39,089 nt of DNA from positions 4,843 through 43,931 of the forward strand of contig CAZSCW010000001.1 of the NCBI GenBank assembly GCA_964605495.1. Reading direction: 5' to 3'. Each line of letters begins with the position of its first letter. Within the stretch, counting starts at the first letter, position 1. Source of the stretch: an uncultured Candidatus Saccharibacteria bacterium (lineage in GTDB: Bacteria > Patescibacteriota > Minisyncoccia > Phycocordibacterales > UBA1006). Made by a program: the position numbers and the translations under genes. The notes under the pieces are model-generated. The model did no database searches, was not told the origin of the DNA, and was given only the letters and a program-made list of their open reading frames with translations. Shown here in pieces: positions 34,428 through 39,089 of the stretch.

Positions 34428-34728
34428 TATCTTTGAAGGGATGTTGATATTTGGCGATCGGACCGGTTTCACACTGCTTACTACTACCGATAGCAAGGTA
34501 GCGTACAAGTATTTTTTCAAACGGAAAAAATGCGGAGCAGCCGGTTGGCAACAGAAAGTACCTTGCTTGCGAGGGAAAAAGTGAAGAAGGTATCAGATTC
34601 CGCCTTTTAAAATAATTGGAATCACTATATAGACTATTTCGTCATGTTTGCGAAAGCACATGAATATCCTCGCCTTGGTGGAAAACGAAAAGGTGAAATA
34701 GTCAGCGGTTACCAGAAATGGATCCGCA

Positions 34729-34779
34729 CCTGTCCTGAAATGTATATTTCAGCTGATGAGTCCAACAGGACGAAACAGG
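34729..34779 (+). ncRNA. type III hammerhead ribozyme HHR-1
   Basis: CCUGU-C(cut after 34734)-[CUGAAAU guau AUUUCAG]-CUGAUGA-[GUCC aaca GGAC]-GAA-ACAGG. All core nucleotides are present, with a GUC cleavage triplet and stem III open. Confidence 0.9.
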
Positions 34780-34798
34780 AATTGATATCGTGAATTAC

Positions 34799-34837
34799 AA
34801 CAAAACCGCTTGATTGCGGTTTTGTTGTTTCTTTTTC
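34799..34837 (+). terminator. intrinsic terminator right after HHR-1
   Basis: AACAAAACCGC ttgatt... GCGGTTTTGTT followed by a T-rich tail. Confidence 0.65.
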
Positions 34838-34858
34838 TACTCGTGCTATAATTTTGTT

Positions 34859-35407
34859 ATGAAAAGTATTAATACCATTAAAAATACAATAAAACATCAT
34901 CAATCAACCATTACTAAAATAATAATGGTTGTAGTAGTAATTGGATCAGCTTTTGCAGTACATCATGTAATGGCAGCTGATATTCCTGCAGCACCAAATC
35001 CTGCAAAATTGGTAAATGATAATGCAGGAATGTTGAGCGCTGAGCAAATTTCAACACTCGAGAAAAAATTACGAGCATATAATGATTCGACAACTAATCA
35101 AATAGTAATTGTAACAGTGCCAAGTATTGGAATGTACGCAATTGATGATTATGCAAACCGATTAGCAAATCAATGGGGAATTGGAGTTAGCGGAAAAGAT
35201 AATGGAATTTTGGTATTAGTTGCAAAAGGTGAAAAACAAATTGATATTGAAGTTGGTACACGCATGGATGCATCTGTAACTGATATTGATGCAAAACGAG
35301 TTATTGATCAACAAATGGTTCCAGCGTTCAGTAAAAAGGATTACTATGGAGGACTGACAGCGGCAGTTGATAAGTTAATTGCAACTATTACAGCACATCC
35401 TTTATAA
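34859..35407 (+). CDS. TPM-domain (YgcG-like) protein
   Basis: Signal/TM, then VNDNAGMLSAEQISTLEKKLRAYNDSTTNQIVIVTV...GILVLVAKGEKQIDIEVG. Start at MKSINT (34859), behind TATAAT at 34845. Confidence 0.85.
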   Translation: MKSINTIKNTIKHHQSTITKIIMVVVVIGSAFAVHHVMAADIPAAPNPAKLVNDNAGMLSAEQISTLEKKLRAYNDSTTNQIVIVTVPSIGMYAIDDYANRLANQWGIGVSGKDNGILVLVAKGEKQIDIEVGTRMDASVTDIDAKRVIDQQMVPAFSKKDYYGGLTAAVDKLIATITAHPL

Positions 35408-35410
35408 ATA

Positions 35411-35443
35411 AAAACACCTCATTCCGCAGAATGAGGTGTTTTT
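35411..35443. terminator. bidirectional terminator
   Basis: CACCTCATTC cgca GAATGAGGTG with A/T runs. Confidence 0.7.
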
Positions 35444-36218
35444 ATTTTGCCTGTATCCACAGTGTTTCAAAAATCATTTTCGCAAATTCGTAAATAGATT
35501 TATTGGTGATTACAATAGAATGTAATCCCTGATCCCAAATAGTAAATGTCACGTGATTTTTCCAGATAGAACAATGCAAATTCGGATTGAGTATTTTTTT
35601 TGAAATAATTCGTGTATCACGCAGTTTTAATCGTGATTCTTTTAGTTCGTCTTTTGCCATAGGGGATTCGGTAATAATGTTTCGTGCTGTAATACCTTTT
35701 TTCCGGCGAGCTTTACCATACCCATGCAGACGATCCTTTGCAACAGTAAATTTCTCAACTTCACCAGAAATACGTAACACTTCTCCATTTTTATCTTGAT
35801 CAAGTGACCTAAAAAACAAATCAATAAAACCGTCTTCACCTTCCAAGTGTTCTACATCTATTTGTTCAGTTTCGCCACGTAATGCAAAAAACGTACGAAG
35901 TTCTGGAAAAACAGATTCTAATGACTCCATTTTTTGTGTTGCAATTATTTTTTCATACTCTACAAAGTTTTTTATTTTTTCAGGTTTTTCAATATACATC
36001 ATGCGCCGCTTACCAAGTTTGGTTACACCCAAAACTTTTCTCTCAAGGAGGTTTTCAGTAGCTACATGTACCGTCGAACGGGGAAGTTTCACCCCAGATG
36101 CAATATCTGCAATAGTCGAAAGTCCAGATTTAAACAAGTAAAAAATAACCTGCTGTTCGGCCATGTCCAACCCAATAGTTTTTAATGCTGTTTTAATATC
36201 TTTTGGTATTTCAATCAT
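35442..36218 (-). CDS. TrmB-like winged-helix transcriptional regulator (paralog 2)
   Basis: LKTIGLDMAEQQVIFYLFKSGLSTIADIASGVKLPRSTVHVATENLLERKVL. Same length and architecture as 29571..30335. Confidence 0.8.
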   Translation of the reverse strand: MIEIPKDIKTALKTIGLDMAEQQVIFYLFKSGLSTIADIASGVKLPRSTVHVATENLLERKVLGVTKLGKRRMMYIEKPEKIKNFVEYEKIIATQKMESLESVFPELRTFFALRGETEQIDVEHLEGEDGFIDLFFRSLDQDKNGEVLRISGEVEKFTVAKDRLHGYGKARRKKGITARNIITESPMAKDELKESRLKLRDTRIISKKILNPNLHCSIWKNHVTFTIWDQGLHSIVITNKSIYEFAKMIFETLWIQAK

Positions 36219-36342
36219 GATTACAGTGTAGCATATATGTTTAAAATGACCAATTTTTATGACACTTTTAAAATATAATACTAATTTATAAAGGATATAT
36301 TCAAAATAATAATTAAAGTATTAGTATTTAGTGTCATTTTAC

Positions 36343-36371
36343 TTGACTTTTCATGTATACCATGCTATACT
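36343..36371 (+). promoter_or_regulatory. sigma70-type promoter firing into noncoding modules
   Basis: TTGACT-17 nt-TATACT. An inverted repeat ATGACAC..ATACTAAT / ATTAGTAT..GTGTCAT (36259-36337) abuts the -35. Confidence 0.55.
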
Positions 36372-36434
36372 GGTTGTAGAAAGATGAGATAAGAAAAACA
36401 TCTTTCATAAAAATTGTTCATTAAAAAACAACAT

Positions 36435-36572
36435 ATGAAAAGAATAAGAGAGTTTTTTGAAAATTTTAGTGATGATCACCCATTCATCACAGCAATAATG
36501 GTATTAGCTGTTATTGTTTATGTATGTCACTGGTTAGGTGTGCATACATCCTTGTCTGGCATTGACAGATAA
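36435..36572 (+). CDS. possible 45-aa hydrophobic peptide
   Basis: Hand-translated MKRIREFFENFSDDHPFITAIMVLAVIVYVCHWLGVHTSLSGIDR*. One TM-like stretch. No clear RBS. Confidence 0.3.
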   Translation: MKRIREFFENFSDDHPFITAIMVLAVIVYVCHWLGVHTSLSGIDR

Positions 36573-36586
36573 ATGCAAAGGAAAAT

Positions 36587-36665
36587 GGACGAGCCTTTAT
36601 AAAATCGTCCACATTATTCAGCTCACGAATTTCGCGAGTTGATAGTGTAACAATGTTCTTTGAAA
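36587..36665 (+). ncRNA. B-type RNA module, copy B1
   Basis: GGACGA-12 nt-TCGTCC, then CATTATTCAG-CTCACGAatttCGCGAG-TTGATAGTG, then tail AATGTTCTTTGAAA. Confidence 0.5.
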
Positions 36666-36668
36666 TAA

Positions 36669-36730
36669 TCTCGAAAGGAATATTCTGCATATCAGAATAT
36701 GATGAATAGAATATTCCTTTCGAGGAGAAA
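36669..36730 (+). ncRNA. C-type RNA module, copy C2
   Basis: TCTCGAAAGGAATATTC ... GAATATTCCTTTCGAGGAGAAA. Confidence 0.5.
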
Positions 36731-36844
36731 GCACTTCTTGTTTTGGTTGTTGAACAGGAAAGTAGAGACCTGCTCTCTCATGACACAACAACCAGCCTCG
36801 TATAGTTTGATGGAACTATGCTGTGGCGTATTTGCTCCATCATA

Positions 36845-36928
36845 GGGAAGTGTATAAGCAGAAACACTTCCCTTTCTTATCAGGATCATAAAACAATTTG
36901 TGGTTCTGTAGGGAAATGTTCTTTGAAA
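36845..36928 (+). ncRNA. A-type RNA module, copy A4
   Basis: GGGAAGTGT-10 nt-ACACTTCCC, then TTTCTTATCAGGATCATAA-loop-TGTGGTTCTGTAGGGAA, then tail ATGTTCTTTGAAAAG. Confidence 0.55.
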
Positions 36929-36931
36929 AGA

Positions 36932-36981
36932 TTTAATTGGTTACCTAAGTTTCTTACCAGAAATTTAGGTAACCAATTAAA
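36932..36981 (+). promoter_or_regulatory. perfect 17-bp hairpin ending 9 nt before the lipoprotein ATG
   Basis: TTTAATTGGTTACCTAA (36932-48) pairs with TTAGGTAACCAATTAAA (36965-81). 16-nt loop. Confidence 0.5.
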
Positions 36982-36990
36982 TTAAGAGAT

Positions 36991-37305
36991 ATGAAAAAGA
37001 TAAGTATTATCGCATTAGGATTCATAATGTTTTTGACTTCTTGTAAAAACGAAACCTATTACCAAGGTAAGGGTGTAGTTATTGAAGAAGACAGAACATA
37101 CTTTGGGGGTGTGCAAGTGAAAGTATCAGTTGATACTGCAGGAGATGGTAACCAGATTTGGTTCTGGGCATCTCCTGCAGGTTTTGCTGATAGCTATCAC
37201 CGCTATTCTCAAGGTGACACCGTAGACGTTGAATACATGGCATTCAATAGTTGGGTCAGTCCTGTGACGGAAAAGTCCAAACAAGACAGCGCTGAAGTAC
37301 AGTAA
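36991..37305 (+). CDS. small lipoprotein, hypothetical
   Basis: MKKISIIALGFIMFLTSC has an LTSC lipobox. 104 aa. Confidence 0.7.
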   Translation: MKKISIIALGFIMFLTSCKNETYYQGKGVVIEEDRTYFGGVQVKVSVDTAGDGNQIWFWASPAGFADSYHRYSQGDTVDVEYMAFNSWVSPVTEKSKQDSAEVQ

Positions 37306-37377
37306 GCATGTCGCTGGCTAAGGTGCAAAACACCTTACACTCTTGTCTGAAAGAGGTAAAACTTCAGGAAGGAGAAC

Positions 37378-37455
37378 GGGCAAGCCTATATAAAATTGCC
37401 CTCATTATTCAACTCACGAATTTCGTGAGTTGATAGTGTAAGTAGTTCTTTAAAA
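37378..37455 (+). ncRNA. B-type RNA module, copy B2
   Basis: GGGCAA-12 nt-TTGCCC, then CATTATTCAA-CTCACGAatttCGTGAG-TTGATAGTG, then tail TAGTTCTTTAAAA. The first stem is fully compensated relative to B1. Confidence 0.5.
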
Positions 37456-37679
37456 TGACAAATATTTTTTATGGAAGGTTTTATAGAATATCCCCAGTAT
37501 TGTATAGTTTTGGTATAACGCTGTACAAACTCGCTTATGATTCGGCACTATCCGACTCAATGATTGGCACCTGCATATGCCAAAGGAATTGGTTGATTTA
37601 CCAAATACCAATTTCAAAACTAGTAGGTTGATTATTCGTATGGGATTACGAACCTGTCTCTAGAAGATAAATGATCAAC

Positions 37680-37766
37680 GGAGAAACAAATGCCTTGGGA
37701 AATGTTTCTCCTCTTTATCCAATCCATGAAGTAATTCGTGGATTGGTAGAGAAAATGTTCGTTACA
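37680..37766 (+). ncRNA. A-type RNA module, copy A5 (variant)
   Basis: GGAGAAACA-14 nt-TGTTTCTCC, then TCTTTATCCAATCCATGAAG-taat-TCGTGGATTGGTAGAG, then tail AAAATGTTCGTTACAAAA. Confidence 0.5.
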
Positions 37767-37848
37767 AAAATATTTTCCAATCTATTAAATTCAGAAGATA
37801 ATAACTCTTAAATATTTTGGGTAAATTAACCAAATTTTTAAGTTAAGT

Positions 37849-38055
37849 ATGGAAAGATTAGATGTTTATATAGAGATAGGTGATCATTATTACTCTGGTC
37901 TCTATAAAAATTGCCCTGTAATATCTTCTGGTGATGACTGGGCTATTGTATATGTCGAGGTTGGCGATCATTATTACTCGGGAGAGTATAGAGTTCTGCT
38001 TTATGGTGATCGCTGGATGACTACAGACTACTATGGTTATCATTACGATGGGTGA
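37849..38055 (+). CDS. hypothetical 68-aa protein with an internal duplication
   Basis: VYIEIGDHYYSGLY and VYVEVGDHYYSGEY repeats; Y/G/D-rich. Confidence 0.5.
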   Translation: MERLDVYIEIGDHYYSGLYKNCPVISSGDDWAIVYVEVGDHYYSGEYRVLLYGDRWMTTDYYGYHYDG

Positions 38056-38178
38056 ACCCTCTCGCTCTAGAGGTATTGTCGTTAGACATGAGAGGTGCGT
38101 TTTGTCCCCGTCTTGCCGAAAAGATGGAGAGCCTCGAGGAAGCAGAGCCTCACGAGTGATTGCATCTTGCATCCTCGT

Positions 38179-38230
38179 TCTGTCCTAGAATGTATTATTC
38201 TAGCTGATGAGTCCAAAAGGACGAAACAGA
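38179..38230 (+). ncRNA. type III hammerhead ribozyme HHR-2
   Basis: UCUGU-C(cut after 38184)-[CUAGAAU guauu AUUCUAG]-CUGAUGA-[GUCC aaaa GGAC]-GAA-ACAGA. Stems I and III differ from HHR-1 only by compensatory pairs. Confidence 0.9.
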
Positions 38231-38268
38231 TTCTTTTACAAATTTCATAAACAAAAAAAACAGATAGC

Positions 38269-38568
38269 ATGGAAAAGAAATATTATCACTTAGAAAACCT
38301 TGATAAAATCATCACTAAAAAAATCGAGAGTGAACCACAACCACAAATGCAGTCACAGTCACATCTACCGCCAAACTGTATAGACTGTAAGCATCATCGT
38401 GTACTTCCTGACCCAGATCCCGATGATTGGTTCTGTGATGACGATGAAAAAGTTTTGTGTACCCTTGCGAAAAAATTAGTGACAGTCGCATGCAGGCCGC
38501 ACCACAAGCGAAAAGAATGCACGGTTCCGTCATGGTGCCCACTGCTGCAAGCAAACCAAACCGTATAA
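38269..38568 (+). CDS. hypothetical Cys-rich 99-aa protein
   Basis: Eight Cys (CIDC...FCDDDEKVLC...ACRPHHKRKEC...WC). Starts 39 nt after HHR-2. Confidence 0.55.
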   Translation: MEKKYYHLENLDKIITKKIESEPQPQMQSQSHLPPNCIDCKHHRVLPDPDPDDWFCDDDEKVLCTLAKKLVTVACRPHHKRKECTVPSWCPLLQANQTV

Positions 38569-38604
38569 AAGTATCATTATTTTTTCACCCTTAAAATAAT
38601 AACA

Positions 38605-38928
38605 ATGGACAATAAAAAATGTCTTTTCAAATATGATGATTTTCTCAAAAATCACATTAATGAGACAATGAGCCCCGAGATCACTGAGTTGTTTCGCAAC
38701 TATGCCTGGCAAGCACCACATGCATTTCTTGCGCTCAAGCGTATAGATCGCATCGCTCAAATAGGTACTGCATCAGGAGAAGTACTAAAACAACTTCTCG
38801 TTGATATGCAGGAAAAGTTCAAACGTGCCGGCATTGCAAGAAACGAGGTCGCGAAGATTAAACAGGTATTGTTTGATAGATATCCTGATATCCAGAGGAA
38901 AATCAAACAAACCCCTGTATCGCGATAG
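38605..38928 (+). CDS. hypothetical 107-aa protein
   Basis: ATG ORF 37 nt after the previous stop, followed by a terminator at 38939-38963 (AGAACAGG aaatc CCTGTTCT TTTT). Confidence 0.55.
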   Translation: MDNKKCLFKYDDFLKNHINETMSPEITELFRNYAWQAPHAFLALKRIDRIAQIGTASGEVLKQLLVDMQEKFKRAGIARNEVAKIKQVLFDRYPDIQRKIKQTPVSR

Positions 38929-38996
38929 TAGTTTTCACAGAACAGGAAATCCCTGTTCTTTTTATTCAATTTAATCTATAATTAGAAAATAATTCT

Positions 38997-39089
38997 ATGA
39001 AAGAACAATTAATTATAAAACGCGAAAGCAAACAAGAAAATCGAGAAAGTTTTTTAAAGCGATTGGAAGGGAAATTTACACCAGAACAA
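38997..39089 (+). CDS. hypothetical protein, first 31 codons (runs off the right edge)
   Basis: ATG at 38997. MKEQLIIKRESKQENRESFLKRLEGKFTPEQ stays open to the window end. Confidence 0.4.
   Translation, partial: MKEQLIIKRESKQENRESFLKRLEGKFTPEQ

Noticed and set aside
34455-34470. GGUCCGA (the Ro-binding strand of metazoan Y RNAs) found on the minus strand just after rsr
   Set aside because: It is on the wrong strand relative to rsr, any RNA would run antisense into the rsr coding end, and no matching partner strand was found.
31400-37766. The repeated modules as a CRISPR array or integron attC sites
   Set aside because: - There is no regular repeat-spacer periodicity and no identical direct repeats, and no cas genes are present.
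- The attC R' (GTTRRRY) and R'' (RYYYAAC) signatures are absent.
- No IntI-type integrase is adjacent.
- The only tyrosine recombinase is 8 kb away and looks like XerC/D.
1-39089. Alternative genetic code (UGA recoding, as in some CPR lineages)
   Set aside because: Conserved genes (rsmA, comM, rpsO, cca, xth, pcrA, hup, rsr) are full length under the standard code. rsr terminates at TGA at the expected length.

Overview
This is a low-GC bacterial chromosomal window that uses the standard genetic code. It is compact and rich in hypothetical secreted and membrane proteins, which fits a small-genome (CPR/Patescibacteria-like) organism; that placement is inference only. All coordinates, motif counts and GC counts below were made by eye or by hand, with no search tools.

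Layout:
- 1-15 kb is almost entirely minus-strand. It carries a giant membrane/secreted-protein operon, rsmA, a LysM-M23 peptidase (+), comM, dksA-like, rpsO and a YraN-like gene.
- Around 15.0-15.4 kb the gene orientation flips. The flip sits at an AT-rich gap holding DnaA boxes and a perfect 16-bp parS. About 14 parS-like palindromes are packed into 14.58-16.91 kb, many of them in frame inside CDSs. I read this as a candidate oriC/centromere region.
- 15.4-30.3 kb holds tRNA-Gly, tRNA-Arg, a PspC-domain protein, cca, a CNNM transporter, xth, a methyltransferase, an XRE regulator, Xer, a GTTTCAC-studded ORF, pcrA, a second tRNA-Gly, HU, and several tiny promoter-to-terminator units.
- 30.35-38.6 kb is the most unusual part, an RNA-dominated accessory island. 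It contains a higher-GC Ro60/Rsr (TROVE+vWA) gene and about 2.4 kb of ORF-free, heavily structured DNA upstream of it. It also has three families of repeated hairpin modules whose stems change by compensatory substitutions. Strong promoters fire into noncoding DNA, and two canonical type III hammerhead ribozymes sit 3450 nt apart on the same strand. Two paralogous TrmB-like regulators are associated: one flanks the left edge and the other lies inside the island.

I cannot assign the repeated modules to any RNA family I know. They are the best candidate here for an undescribed Rsr-associated RNA or RNA-processing system.
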